Source: Bacteroidales bacterium (GTDB lineage: Bacteria; Bacteroidota; Bacteroidia; Bacteroidales; WCHB1-69). From it: a stretch of 64,000 nucleotides of DNA. Within the stretch, counting starts at the first letter, position 1. Each line of letters starts with the position of its first letter. The DNA lies in NCBI GenBank assembly GCA_024682995.1, contig JAIKYR010000071.1, forward strand, positions 17,883 to 81,882. Reading direction: 5' to 3'. The notes beneath the pieces were generated by a model that saw only the letters and a program-made list of their open reading frames with translations, had not been told where the DNA came from and did no database searches. Of this stretch, positions 15,284 to 25,446 are shown in pieces. The translations under genes were made by a program, and so were the position numbers.

Positions 15284-16294
15284 TTAAAATCTGTTAACCC
15301 AATCGGCCACCTCCACGGCGGGGATGTTGTTCATACACTTGAAATGTTTGCGCGGGCAGCGTTGGTACCCCAGTTTGGAGCAGGGACGACAATTCAGCGG
15401 GCATACCTCGAAATTGCGGAACAGTTCGCGCTGTCCGGGCATATAGGGGTACATCCCGAATTCAGGGATGGTATTGCCCCACAGGACGGCAATCGGCTTG
15501 CGCAGTGCCGCCGCAATGTGCATGAGGCCCGTATCACCTGTGATGACACAATCGGCCTGGTCCAGTATGGAACACGACTGATACAGAGAGTATTTCCCAC
15601 ATCCGTTGTAGGCACGACCACCCAATGCAGCCACAACCTCCTCACCCTCGTTGATGACATCCTTGCCCCCAAGCAACATGATGGGCTTGTGGAGGATGCT
15701 GCCAATCTCAACCACCTTGGACACCGGAATGCGTTTGGTGGCATGTTGTCCACCCAACACCACCGCCACAAATCCGTCCTCGAAGACCATCGGCAGGTCG
15801 TCCTCGTCAAAGGCGGCGTTTTCCGGCACATGGAATTCCAATCCCTTGTGGTCGTTCAGCACACCTAAGTCCAAGACAGCATCGAAGTAACGGTCCACAA
15901 TATGCACATCCGGAAGGAAGTTCAATTTCAGGCACACGCAAAGCCCTTTGCGGAAATTGTACTTGTGAAACGTGGAGTGGGGCACCTTCAAACGGCGCAC
16001 CACCTGTCTGGAGCGATGGCTCTTCTGCAAATCCACCACCACCTGGAACTGCTCCGCCTTCAGCTCTTGCATGAGGGCAGACAGACCGTCGGGAGTGTAA
16101 AAATGGATTTTGTCAATGTGGGGGTTCGAGGCGACGACAAGCTCGTTCGCCTTCTTGGTCAGAAAATGCAATTCCACATCCTGCAATTGTTCTTTGATTG
16201 CCCGGATGACGGGTGTGGTCAACACAATATCGCCGATGGAGCTCAGGCGTATGACCAAAATTTTCATTTTCGACGGGGGTTGTTTTTCATCCAT
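15284..16294 (-). CDS. Glycosyltransferase family 9 (heptosyltransferase-like)
   Basis: ILVIRLSSIGDIVLTTPVIRAIK N-terminus and GDTGLMHIAAAL. Confidence 0.85.
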   Translation of the reverse strand: MDEKQPPSKMKILVIRLSSIGDIVLTTPVIRAIKEQLQDVELHFLTKKANELVVASNPHIDKIHFYTPDGLSALMQELKAEQFQVVVDLQKSHRSRQVVRRLKVPHSTFHKYNFRKGLCVCLKLNFLPDVHIVDRYFDAVLDLGVLNDHKGLEFHVPENAAFDEDDLPMVFEDGFVAVVLGGQHATKRIPVSKVVEIGSILHKPIMLLGGKDVINEGEEVVAALGGRAYNGCGKYSLYQSCSILDQADCVITGDTGLMHIAAALRKPIAVLWGNTIPEFGMYPYMPGQRELFRNFEVCPLNCRPCSKLGYQRCPRKHFKCMNNIPAVEVADWVNRF

Positions 16295-16318
16295 TGCTAT
16301 GGTTGTTACGATTTATTA

Positions 16319-17455
16319 TTAATTATTTCCGGAATTTTGGTAATGGTTGTCCACGGGCGTGCCGTAGATGCGTAGCAGATAGTGCATCATTTTCTCGCGC
16401 GATACATCCTGCACCACCGCTTTACGGTTCAGATATTGTACAAACTGTTCCTTCTGCTCTGGGGTATAGAAACCGGCATACCGCTCGGACTGGTGCATTA
16501 AATCGTTGGCTATATAATTGTTGGGATATAAATGATAATTCTGATAGATTTGTTTGTCAATAAGTTGGCACACATGATAGAGCTTGTCGTTATTGTTCAA
16601 CTCCGCCGGAATATCGTCCAATTCTTTCTGAATGGGTGTGCCGACAATCATGGTGATGTGTCCTTTAGGGGAGAAAATACCCGTTTTGATGCTCTCAAAA
16701 TCTTCGCCGGGCTGTTTGTGATAAGGGCCGTTCTCGCTTAAAGCCATCTCGCGGGCCTTGAGCCGGTCGCAGGGCTCGTATTCGTATGAGATTGTCAGTG
16801 GGGTGATGTTCAGCTTCTTTAGGGTCGGTATCAGTTCCTTCTCATAGCCCATCGTCACCATCTTGAGCAATCCCTGCTTTGTGAAGTCATGACCGTCTTT
16901 GGTGCGTCCGTCGCGTTGGGCGATCCACACAGACTCGTGTTCCTCAAAGAGGCTTTTTTGGATGTAAGCGGCCAGCTGGTGAGAGTTGGCCAGCTTCTCG
17001 CGGAGCGTACCCGACCGTTTCACCAGAATCATTTTGTTGAGACGGGCTACATCCCCCAGCACAGGGGCGTTAATCAGGTTGTCACCCACAGCGATTTTGG
17101 AGGTCTTCCGTTTTTCAATAAAAAAATAGAACTCCAGCATTGCCGGGTCAAACGTGATGTCTCGGTGGTTACCGATATAGAGAAATGCCTTGTCAGGAGA
17201 GGTGTTCTCCAAGCCCGAGAAGGTGTAGCCTGTTGTATATTGGTTTACAAAGGTCTCAATCCAGCGGCGGATGAAATTGGCTTGCACCTCATCAATGCTG
17301 TGGTAATGGGCCATGTCGTTTTTCAGATCCTCGATAGAATAATCGGGAAGGCACTTCCGCATGGCATCCTGGAAGCGCGGGTCTTCCATCACCCTGCGAT
17401 AGGCTTCGGGGGCTTCATCATCATAATAGGGTCTGATATCATCAAACGAATCCAT
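16319..17455 (-). CDS. PlsC-family acyltransferase
   Basis: ORF 16319-17488; ATG 17455 chosen because the -7 box is at 17478-17485; YIGNHRDITFDPAML acyltransferase-type motif. Confidence 0.7.
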   Translation of the reverse strand: MDSFDDIRPYYDDEAPEAYRRVMEDPRFQDAMRKCLPDYSIEDLKNDMAHYHSIDEVQANFIRRWIETFVNQYTTGYTFSGLENTSPDKAFLYIGNHRDITFDPAMLEFYFFIEKRKTSKIAVGDNLINAPVLGDVARLNKMILVKRSGTLREKLANSHQLAAYIQKSLFEEHESVWIAQRDGRTKDGHDFTKQGLLKMVTMGYEKELIPTLKKLNITPLTISYEYEPCDRLKAREMALSENGPYHKQPGEDFESIKTGIFSPKGHITMIVGTPIQKELDDIPAELNNNDKLYHVCQLIDKQIYQNYHLYPNNYIANDLMHQSERYAGFYTPEQKEQFVQYLNRKAVVQDVSREKMMHYLLRIYGTPVDNHYQNSGNN

Positions 17456-17468
17456 TATACAATATCTA

Positions 17469-17981
17469 TTAAAGTTGCAAAGATACAATTTTATTGACTA
17501 ACTGCTCCACATCCAAATTGTCGGCTTTCAGCGTCATTTTCGCCTGTTGGTAATAGGGTTCGCGTTCTTGTAGGGTCCGATGGATATATTCGCGCAGGGC
17601 GTCATCGTCCAAAAGTTGCAGGAGCGGACGCACCTTGTTGCTATTGCGAAGCCGTTGGAAAAGGACCTCTTCAGACTGTTCCAGGTAGATGGAGGTGGCG
17701 TATGTGTTGATTTGCTGCATGGCATCTCCGAAGCAGGGTGCGCCTCCGCCGGTGGCAATCAGCACATCCGGCAGCGACAGGGTTTCTATCAGCGTTTCAT
17801 ACTCGCATTTCCGAAAAGCAGGTTCCCCATACTTTTGGAAAAGATGGGGAACCGAGATATGGTAACGCTCCTCCACTCTTGCGTCTAAGTCCACGAAAGC
17901 AAGATGCAGCCTGTCGGCCAGACTTCTTCCCAACGTGGTCTTGCCCGCTCCGGGGAAACCTACAATCACCACAGTGGCCAT
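17469..17981 (-). CDS. aroK: Shikimate kinase
   Basis: ORF 17469-18068; ATG at 17981 gives MATVVIVGFPGAGKTTLGRSLA (P-loop at the N-terminus). Confidence 0.85.
   Translation of the reverse strand: MATVVIVGFPGAGKTTLGRSLADRLHLAFVDLDARVEERYHISVPHLFQKYGEPAFRKCEYETLIETLSLPDVLIATGGGAPCFGDAMQQINTYATSIYLEQSEEVLFQRLRNSNKVRPLLQLLDDDALREYIHRTLQEREPYYQQAKMTLKADNLDVEQLVNKIVSLQL
17478..17485 (-). promoter_or_regulatory. -7 promoter box for the acyltransferase gene
   Basis: Minus-strand TATCTTTG inside the 3' end of aroK, 23 nt upstream of ATG 17455. Confidence 0.5.
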
Positions 17982-17983
17982 CG

Positions 17984-18634
17984 TTACTGAATGTTGTCCA
18001 GAATGGCTTCGATGAGGTTTTCGGCGCAGTCGGCGATGTCGGAGATGCGGGCCGGCAGCATGTAGCACGGTGTGGTGAACACCATGTTCTGCTTGTCGGA
18101 GATGACCTCCGTCTGCTGGGTGTTGATGTGTTTGGTGCCGAAGGAGGTCACGTGGTCGATAGTTTTCTCATCGTTGCCCACAGTGATGGTGATGTCGCCC
18201 AGCACCTTCGCCAGCATGACGGGTGCGATGCAAAGGGCTCCGATGGGCTTCTTCTGCTCATGGAAGGAGCGGATCAGCTGGGCCACATCTTCCCGTACGG
18301 TGCATTTTTTCCCATTGATAGCGTATGTGAACAGGTTCTTGGCCGACCCGTTGCCGCCGGGGAATACAAGGGCGTCGAAATCCTCCACGCGGCATTCGGC
18401 CAGCGGGCGGATCTTGCCGCGCGCGATGCGCGCGGCCTCCACCATCATGTTGCGTTTCTCTTCCATCACCTGGCCAGTCACGTGGTTCACCACATGGTAT
18501 TGGTCGGCATCCGGAGCGAAAATGCTGTACTCACAATCGTTACGGTCAATAGCCAGAAGCGTCATCACGGATTCGTGAATTTCACTCCCGTCCAATGTGC
18601 CGCAACCGCATAATATCACTGCAAATTTCTTCAT
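17984..18634 (-). CDS. elbB: Isoprenoid biosynthesis glyoxalase ElbB (DJ-1/PfpI family)
   Basis: MKKFAVILCGCGTLDGSEIHESV and the nucleophile-elbow region ALCIAP. Confidence 0.8.
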   Translation of the reverse strand: MKKFAVILCGCGTLDGSEIHESVMTLLAIDRNDCEYSIFAPDADQYHVVNHVTGQVMEEKRNMMVEAARIARGKIRPLAECRVEDFDALVFPGGNGSAKNLFTYAINGKKCTVREDVAQLIRSFHEQKKPIGALCIAPVMLAKVLGDITITVGNDEKTIDHVTSFGTKHINTQQTEVISDKQNMVFTTPCYMLPARISDIADCAENLIEAILDNIQ

Positions 18635-18649
18635 ATTCTATAAGCTTAA

Positions 18650-21600
18650 TTATTCTGCCTGTTGTTCTTCTTCCTGTGTGCCGTAGAAGAAACGCTGGAA
18701 GGCTCCACCCAAGCCAGCTGAAATCGCATTCAAGGCGTTGAATTGGGCATCCACCGCCTGACGGATTTTCTGAGCCGTACCCGTATCGCCACAGATCTCC
18801 GCCACTTGCATAATCTGACGCAACTCTTGGAAGTCGCCAGCCACCGACTGCTGGTCGAAATCCGGTTTCCGGATCTGTTTCGTGATGCTTTCATTCAAGG
18901 TCTTGGCATAAATCTCCGCCGCATGGTCAAACTTCATCTCCTTGTAGTGGGACACCAGCTCATTGGTCGGGAATTTCACATTATTCAGGAAATAATGCAG
19001 GAAGATGAAATCGTAGCGCAGGTCTTCAGCATGGAAGGCCAGTGTCTTTTCATCCTGCTTATTGTACCATCCGAACAGTTCCACCATCTCCTTCCAGATG
19101 GCTTTTGCCATCTCCATACCCTTCTTGTCAGCGGAAGGTGTGTGCAGATTGAAGTAGTCCTGCATGTAGAAAGTGCTGTTCTGCGTGTATCCGTACATAT
19201 TGGACATGACAGAGACATACGGGAAGACCTCATCCGGAACAATGGCATTACCTTTATCCAACACTTGTTCGGCCTTTTCCAGATCGCCTTCGGCAGCCAA
19301 TTGGCCACTCAGACGGTCGTAGATCTTGCGAATCATCGAGACCAGGCGGGTATTGTCTTCGCTATGATAGACACGCGGATCGTTAAAACCGCCCCAATCG
19401 TATGGATAGGCTTCCTTCGCGGGCGCGTTGGGGTTGTTCACACGGTCAATACGGCTATGGTCGTTGAAGACATTCATCAGATTCTCATACAAAACATCGG
19501 AATTGATGCGGCCGATGTCGGAATAGCTTTGACGCGGGGTGCGAATCGGCACCAGACGGTAGGCGAAGCCTTCCAGCTGGAAGTAATCCTCCAATCCGAG
19601 ATAGGCCTCCGATCCGGTGGTCGAGGCATAGTAGATTGGACGTTCCCAGTTGTTGTTGGCGAGGATGTCCATCATGATGATGTAGGCCTTGGCAAACGGA
19701 TTCACGGCATTGGTCTTCATATTCCATTCCAGACGGTCCACAATCAGGGCGGAGTCTTTAGGGCTGACCGTTCCGTTGGCGAGCACCTTGGCCTTGTCCA
19801 CCTTGAGGGAGAAGCTGGCCGGCACAGCACGTCCGTTGCTTCTATATCCTTTATCCTGGGAAAGCAGAAGGATATGGCGTGTATGGTCAAATTGCGGATC
19901 CTTGATATAATCCACCAAGGCTTTCAAATCCACAAACTGGTTACCGGCGGGTTCCAGATAGAGCACGTCGCGGGTGCCATCCTTGTACTGGTCCCAGGTC
20001 ATGGAGATGGGCAGCGGGTCGGAGCTGTAGGCCTTACGCTTCATCTGATCCACATACCAGCTGGTGCTCAGCAGGGAGAGGTTGCAGACGCGCACGTCCG
20101 TACGGTAGCCCTCCACCTCTTGGACGTACCAAAGCGGGAAGGTGTCGTTATCCCCCAACGTGAACAGGATGGCGTTCGGAGCACAGGAATCCAGATAATT
20201 CTTGGCAATCGCTAACGCCGTGTAGCGGTTGGAACGGTCATGGTCGTTCCAGTTCTCGTTGGCCATCACGCACGGCACGAGTCCAAAGCAAGCCACTGTG
20301 GTAAGGGCAGCACCTGCCACCTGCACCGTGTTGCTCTTCAATTTTTCAAAAAGATTGTAGATGCCCAGCACGCCGAATCCAATCCAGATGGCAAAAGCGT
20401 AGAACGAAGCGGCGAAGGCGTAGTCACGCTCACGCGGCTGGAAGGCATACATGTTGAGGTAGAAGGCAATGGCCAGACCCGTCATGATGAACAGCATGAA
20501 CACCACAAAGGAATTCTGTGTGTCTTTTCTCGTCTGGAACACAATGCCGATGATGCCCAACAGCAGGGGTAGCAGGTAGTACTTGTTATGTCCCGGACGC
20601 TGCATGGCGGAAGGCTGGTCGTTCTGGTTACCCACCATAGGCTTGTCCACAAACGGGATGCCGGAGATCCAGTTGCCGTTCATGTAGTCGCCACGCCCTT
20701 GGAGGTCGTTCTGCCGACCGGCAAAATTCCACATGAAATAGCGCCAATACATGAATCCGAACTGGTATGTCTGCATGAACTTGATGTTCTGCTGCCATGT
20801 GGGTGGCACATCGCGGGCCAGCAGCCGACGGTTCTCCTTATCGGAAGGGCTGTCGCTGTTGTATCGGTTGTTCAGCCAGTTGATATATTCGCCTTTCTTT
20901 TCCGGAGACCACATTCTCGGGAAAAGCATACAACCTGCCGGATCATAGATGGGCTGGTCTTCCTTGCGGTCATTGGAAACCACATAGCGTTTGTTCACCA
21001 TGTCCTTTACATAAACAGGATTGCCGTCCTTGGCACCAATTACACGGGTGTTATAGGTCTGTCCGTGGAACAAGGGGTTGGAACCGTATTGTTCACGGTT
21101 GAGGTAGGCTAACAACGCCACAGCATCTTCCGGATTGTTCTCGTCGATGGTCGGATTGGCGTTGGAACGGATCACCAGGGTGAAGAAGGTGGAATAGCCG
21201 ATCAGGAGCATCGTAAAGCAGAATGTGCCGAGCAACAACGTGGGTTTACTCTTGCGGTAGCCGTACCAGATGCCCCAGGCTATCAAGGCTGCAATCAGCA
21301 GGAAGAAGAAGATGGTGCCGGAGTTGAAAGGCAGATGCAAGCCGTTGACGAAGGCTAGGTCGAACTTGCCGGCCAGGTTGACCACCTGCGGGATGATGCC
21401 CCAGAGGATCAGGCCCAGCAGCACCACCGAGATGCCAAGGGACAGGAACACGCCCCATTCGGCCTTCGATTTCAGCGTGCCTCTCTTGGCGCACAGCACG
21501 AACAGAGGCACGGTAATCAGTGCCCAGATGGCCAGCATCCAGATGGGAGGGCAGAAGAAGGCGAAGAAGAAGGAGATGATGGCGAAGGAGAGCACGGCAC

Positions 21601-22264
21601 CCATGCCGGTAGCTTCTTTGGAGAGCTTGTAATAGACAATCAGCACGATGGCGGGCAGGGTCAGCAAGTTCAGCAAGTGCACACCGATGGAGAGGCCCAC
21701 CAGATAGGCAATCAGCACAATCCATCGGTTGGGGTTGGTGCCGACCTTGGGATGGTCGTACTCCTCGTCCCATTTCAGGATGCACCAGAACACCAAAGCC
21801 GTGAAGAACGACGACATGGCGTAAACCTCACCTTCCACAGCCGAGAACCAGAAAGTGTCGCTGAAAGCGTATGCCATGGCTCCCACGAGGGCGGAGCCCA
21901 ATACGGCAATAAAGCGCGGGGTGTTCAGCTCCCCATATTTGGCCACGAGCTTGCGGGCCAAACGCACGATGGTGAAATAGAGCAGCATGATGGTCAGGCC
22001 ACTGCACACCGCCGACATGCAGTTGATGCAGAAGGCCACCTTCGTGACATCACCGCCAGCGAACAGCGAACAGATACGTCCGATGATTTGGAAGGTGGGT
22101 GCCCCAGGAGGGTGTCCCACTAAGAGTTTTGACGTGGTAGCGATGTATTCACCGCAGTCCCACCAAGACACAGTCGGCTCCGCCGTCATGATATACACAG
22201 CAGAAGCCACAACACCTATGATCAGACCAAGGATTGTGTTAATCAGTTTTTGTGTTTTATTCAT
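18650..22264 (-). CDS. DUF2723-domain membrane protein (GT-C-like glycosyltransferase, about 1200 aa)
   Basis: N-terminus AEPTVSWWDCGEYIATTSKLLVGHPPGAPTFQ typical of DUF2723; many TM segments and a large C-terminal soluble part. Confidence 0.8.
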   Translation of the reverse strand: MNKTQKLINTILGLIIGVVASAVYIMTAEPTVSWWDCGEYIATTSKLLVGHPPGAPTFQIIGRICSLFAGGDVTKVAFCINCMSAVCSGLTIMLLYFTIVRLARKLVAKYGELNTPRFIAVLGSALVGAMAYAFSDTFWFSAVEGEVYAMSSFFTALVFWCILKWDEEYDHPKVGTNPNRWIVLIAYLVGLSIGVHLLNLLTLPAIVLIVYYKLSKEATGMGAVLSFAIISFFFAFFCPPIWMLAIWALITVPLFVLCAKRGTLKSKAEWGVFLSLGISVVLLGLILWGIIPQVVNLAGKFDLAFVNGLHLPFNSGTIFFFLLIAALIAWGIWYGYRKSKPTLLLGTFCFTMLLIGYSTFFTLVIRSNANPTIDENNPEDAVALLAYLNREQYGSNPLFHGQTYNTRVIGAKDGNPVYVKDMVNKRYVVSNDRKEDQPIYDPAGCMLFPRMWSPEKKGEYINWLNNRYNSDSPSDKENRRLLARDVPPTWQQNIKFMQTYQFGFMYWRYFMWNFAGRQNDLQGRGDYMNGNWISGIPFVDKPMVGNQNDQPSAMQRPGHNKYYLLPLLLGIIGIVFQTRKDTQNSFVVFMLFIMTGLAIAFYLNMYAFQPRERDYAFAASFYAFAIWIGFGVLGIYNLFEKLKSNTVQVAGAALTTVACFGLVPCVMANENWNDHDRSNRYTALAIAKNYLDSCAPNAILFTLGDNDTFPLWYVQEVEGYRTDVRVCNLSLLSTSWYVDQMKRKAYSSDPLPISMTWDQYKDGTRDVLYLEPAGNQFVDLKALVDYIKDPQFDHTRHILLLSQDKGYRSNGRAVPASFSLKVDKAKVLANGTVSPKDSALIVDRLEWNMKTNAVNPFAKAYIIMMDILANNNWERPIYYASTTGSEAYLGLEDYFQLEGFAYRLVPIRTPRQSYSDIGRINSDVLYENLMNVFNDHSRIDRVNNPNAPAKEAYPYDWGGFNDPRVYHSEDNTRLVSMIRKIYDRLSGQLAAEGDLEKAEQVLDKGNAIVPDEVFPYVSVMSNMYGYTQNSTFYMQDYFNLHTPSADKKGMEMAKAIWKEMVELFGWYNKQDEKTLAFHAEDLRYDFIFLHYFLNNVKFPTNELVSHYKEMKFDHAAEIYAKTLNESITKQIRKPDFDQQSVAGDFQELRQIMQVAEICGDTGTAQKIRQAVDAQFNALNAISAGLGGAFQRFFYGTQEEEQQAE

Positions 22265-22321
22265 TATTGCTAAGTTTTTTGATATTTGCTTTTGAGTTTT
22301 GGCTATTGGCTAACAGCTAAA

Positions 22322-23344
22322 TTACCGGGAGGCAGCTTTGAACTGCTGCAGAAAACGGACATCGTTCTCGAAATAGAGGCGGATGTCATTGGTTCTGTAT
22401 TTGAGCATGGTCATGCGTTCGATGCCGAGACCGAAAGCGAAGCCACTGTATTTCTTGCTGTCTATGCCGCAGTTTTCCAACACGTTGGGGTCAACCATGC
22501 CGCAACCGAGGATTTCCACCCAGCCGGTGTGTTTGCAGAGGTTGCAGCCCTCGCCGCCGCAGATGTAGCATGAGATGTCCATCTCGGCTGACGGCTCGGT
22601 GAAGGGGAAATAGGAGGGACGGAGACGGATGCGAACGTCGGGACCGAACATACGCTGGGCGAAATAGAGGAGGGTTTGTTTCATGTCGGCGAAGGAGACA
22701 TTCTCGGCCACGTACAGACCTTCCACCTGGTGGAAGATGCAGTGGGCTCGGGACGTGATGGCCTCGTTGCGGAACACACGTCCCGGGCATATCACGCGGA
22801 TGGGCGGCTGCTGGTTCTCCATCGTGCGCACCTGCAACGAGGAGGTGTGCGTGCGGAGCAGCACGTCAGGATGCAGCTCTACGAAGAAGGTGTCCTGCAT
22901 GTCGCGGGCGGGGTGCTCCTCCGGGAAGTTCAACGCGGTGAACACGTGCCAGTCGTCCTCAATGTCTGGCCCGGTGACCGCCGTGAAGCCGATGTCTTCG
23001 AAGATGCGGCGCACCTGGTTCATCATAATGGAGATGGGATGCATGGATCCTACGGGGATGCTGTCAGATGGGCGCGTCACGTCAGCGATGGTGTGTTGCG
23101 CACCCTGCGAGGCCTCCATGGATTCCTTGCATGCATCAAAACGCTGTTGGGCCTTGTCCTTCAGCTCGTTCACCAGCTGCCCGAACGACTTGCGCTCCTC
23201 GGGGGCGATGTTCTTGATTTCAGCAAACAAAGCCTGAATCTCACTTTTCTTGCTCAGAAACTGGAGCCGGAATTGTTCCAGGGTCTCTGCATTTTCAATC
23301 TTGAATTTTTCTATTTCCGCTTTGATTTCGTCAATGGACTTCAT
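22322..23344 (-). CDS. pheS: Phenylalanine--tRNA ligase alpha subunit
   Basis: FPEEHPARDMQDTFF, RPSYFPFTEPSAEMD, GFAFGLGIERM. Confidence 0.95.
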   Translation of the reverse strand: MKSIDEIKAEIEKFKIENAETLEQFRLQFLSKKSEIQALFAEIKNIAPEERKSFGQLVNELKDKAQQRFDACKESMEASQGAQHTIADVTRPSDSIPVGSMHPISIMMNQVRRIFEDIGFTAVTGPDIEDDWHVFTALNFPEEHPARDMQDTFFVELHPDVLLRTHTSSLQVRTMENQQPPIRVICPGRVFRNEAITSRAHCIFHQVEGLYVAENVSFADMKQTLLYFAQRMFGPDVRIRLRPSYFPFTEPSAEMDISCYICGGEGCNLCKHTGWVEILGCGMVDPNVLENCGIDSKKYSGFAFGLGIERMTMLKYRTNDIRLYFENDVRFLQQFKAASR

Positions 23345-23435
23345 TCTTCTATTTTTCTTTTAAATTTTTGTTCTTTCCGATTTTTGAGACGCCATAATAT
23401 GACGTCTCTATTCTATTTGTCCTTCACGAATCCTT

Positions 23436-24164
23436 TTATTCCACGATGGTCGCACGAATAATCTTGATGTCCGTGGTGGGTCTGTCGGCGCCGTCCTTGG
23501 GTTGGGACGCGATTTTGTCCACCACTTCCATGCCGGAGACTACCTCGCCAAAGACCGTATAGTCGCCATCCAGGAAGGGGGCACCGCCGATGGTGGAATA
23601 GATGTGGCGTTGTTCGGCATTGAATTTCTTGCCCATTCTCTGCTCGTACATGTCGAGTTTGACATTGTCGTAAACGGAGCCGTCCACAATGTAGAACTGC
23701 GAGCCGGAAGAGGCCTTGGCCGGATTGTTGTCGCGGGCGGCGGCCACGGCACCACGTTTGTGGTAAAGCGTCGGCACGAACTCGGCGGGAATCCGATAGT
23801 CAGGACCGCCCATACCTAAGCGCTGGCCCGGCTTGGCCGTCTTGGAGTCCGGATCACCTGTTTGTATCATAAAACCTTTGATAATACGATGGAAAAGCAC
23901 ACCATCGTAATAGCTCTCTTTCACCAGCTTGATGAAGTTGTCGCGATGCTGGGGAGTCTCGTTGTACAAGGCAATGGTGATGTTGCCCATGGAAGTTTCA
24001 ATCTTTATCTGTGTCATTTTGTCTGTTTTTGTTTCTTCTTTTTTCGTTTCCGTTTGAACCGCATCAGCCTGTTTTTTCTGCTCCGGCTCATTTTTCTTTT
24101 GTGAAGAACATGCCACTAAGGTGGTAATAGTCAATAAAATAATAATAAAATTCAGTTTCTTCAT
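23436..24164 (-). CDS. Cyclophilin-type peptidyl-prolyl isomerase (exported)
   Basis: ORF 23436-24206; the -7 box at 24185-24192 favours ATG 24164 (MKKLNFIIILL signal peptide); FHRIIKGFMIQTGDP, GSQFYIV. Confidence 0.85.
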   Translation of the reverse strand: MKKLNFIIILLTITTLVACSSQKKNEPEQKKQADAVQTETKKEETKTDKMTQIKIETSMGNITIALYNETPQHRDNFIKLVKESYYDGVLFHRIIKGFMIQTGDPDSKTAKPGQRLGMGGPDYRIPAEFVPTLYHKRGAVAAARDNNPAKASSGSQFYIVDGSVYDNVKLDMYEQRMGKKFNAEQRHIYSTIGGAPFLDGDYTVFGEVVSGMEVVDKIASQPKDGADRPTTDIKIIRATIVE

Positions 24165-24184
24165 AAATCCGAACATTAAAACGG

Positions 24185-24192
24185 CAAAGATA
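24185..24192 (-). promoter_or_regulatory. -7 promoter box for the PPIase gene
   Basis: Minus-strand TATCTTTG, 21 nt upstream of ATG 24164. Confidence 0.5.
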
Positions 24193-24271
24193 CAAAAAAT
24201 ATGCATTTGCCTGTTGAAACTTTTGGGTGATTATTTTGGGACTATCAGGAGGCAAAGACAATCAATTTTTG

Positions 24272-24279
24272 TATTTTTG
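24272..24279 (+). promoter_or_regulatory. -7 promoter box for porQ
   Basis: TATTTTTG; argues for the ATG at 24318 rather than 24288. Confidence 0.5.
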
Positions 24280-24317
24280 CCCCGCCTTTGCCCCATAGGG
24301 CTCTGGTATCTGACATA

Positions 24318-25418
24318 ATGACTGCAGTGAAGAGTAAACATATTGCCATTCTGATGTTTCTGCTCGTCGTGGCCCTTTCTGGGGTCGCACAGACGGGCGG
24401 GCGTATGATTTATAACTTCCTCAACTTTAGTTATTCGTCGCGGCAGATGGCGCTGGGCGGGAATCTGATATCCGTTTACGATGACGATGCCTCCCTGATC
24501 GGGATGAATCCTTCCTATATCGGCGAGCGGCACAGCAACACCCTGTCGATGAACATCACCGACTATTTCGCCAACAGTTGCTACACCTCCGGCCTCTACT
24601 CCTACACCTTCCCCAAGGCGGGCAGCTTCACCGCCTCCATGATGCATGTGGGATATGGGAAGTTTCAGGGTGCCACGGAGGAGGGTGTGGAGACAGGACC
24701 CTTCTATGCCGGCGATTTTGCACTCGCATTGGGCTGGGGCCGCGAACTCTCCCCGAACTTCACCATCGGTGCCAATTGGAAGCTGGTTTATTGCACCTAC
24801 GAGCGATACAGCTCCTTTGGCATGGCCGTGGACGTGGCCGGCAGCTACCATCACCCCGACAAACAGCTCTCTCTGACATTGTTAGTCAAGAATGTGGGCT
24901 CAGAGATGAAGACCTTTGCGCCCGGGAAAGTGGGTCTGCCTCCGTTCGACATCCAGTTTGCCCTTTCCCAGCGGCTCAAGCATGTGCCCATCCGCTATCA
25001 CATCTCGCTGCATGACCTTTATCGCTGGAACATGAACTACTACGGCAAGGATAATCCGTTTTTGGAAACCGATGCATTCACCAATGAACTGATTTACCCC
25101 TCCAAGGCGGCGCAATTTTTCGACAATTTCTTCCGGCATTTTGTCTTCGGTATCGAAATTGAACCCTCCAAATATTTCTCGCTGCAGTTCGCCTATAACC
25201 ACAACATCCATCAGGAAATGAAGGTTACAGCCCGTCGCTCCTTAGCAGGATTCTCTTACGGCTTTAACATCCAGGTAAAAGGCATCTACCTCGGATTCGC
25301 ACGGTTGCATTATGCGCCTGGGGCCACTCCCAACTGCTTCAACCTCGGCCTCAATTTCGGGGAGCTCTCACAGCTGCATCAGAATCATAAGATGAAAAAA
25401 CTCCAACGGGGTTCTTAA
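24318..25418 (+). CDS. porQ: Type IX secretion system protein PorQ (outer-membrane beta-barrel)
   Basis: GGRMIYNFLNFSYSSRQMALGGNLIS...NPSYIG matches the PorQ-family N-terminal signature as I recall it. Confidence 0.7.
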   Translation: MTAVKSKHIAILMFLLVVALSGVAQTGGRMIYNFLNFSYSSRQMALGGNLISVYDDDASLIGMNPSYIGERHSNTLSMNITDYFANSCYTSGLYSYTFPKAGSFTASMMHVGYGKFQGATEEGVETGPFYAGDFALALGWGRELSPNFTIGANWKLVYCTYERYSSFGMAVDVAGSYHHPDKQLSLTLLVKNVGSEMKTFAPGKVGLPPFDIQFALSQRLKHVPIRYHISLHDLYRWNMNYYGKDNPFLETDAFTNELIYPSKAAQFFDNFFRHFVFGIEIEPSKYFSLQFAYNHNIHQEMKVTARRSLAGFSYGFNIQVKGIYLGFARLHYAPGATPNCFNLGLNFGELSQLHQNHKMKKLQRGS

Positions 25419-25446
25419 CCTTTTTTAACAACAAAAAACAATACAC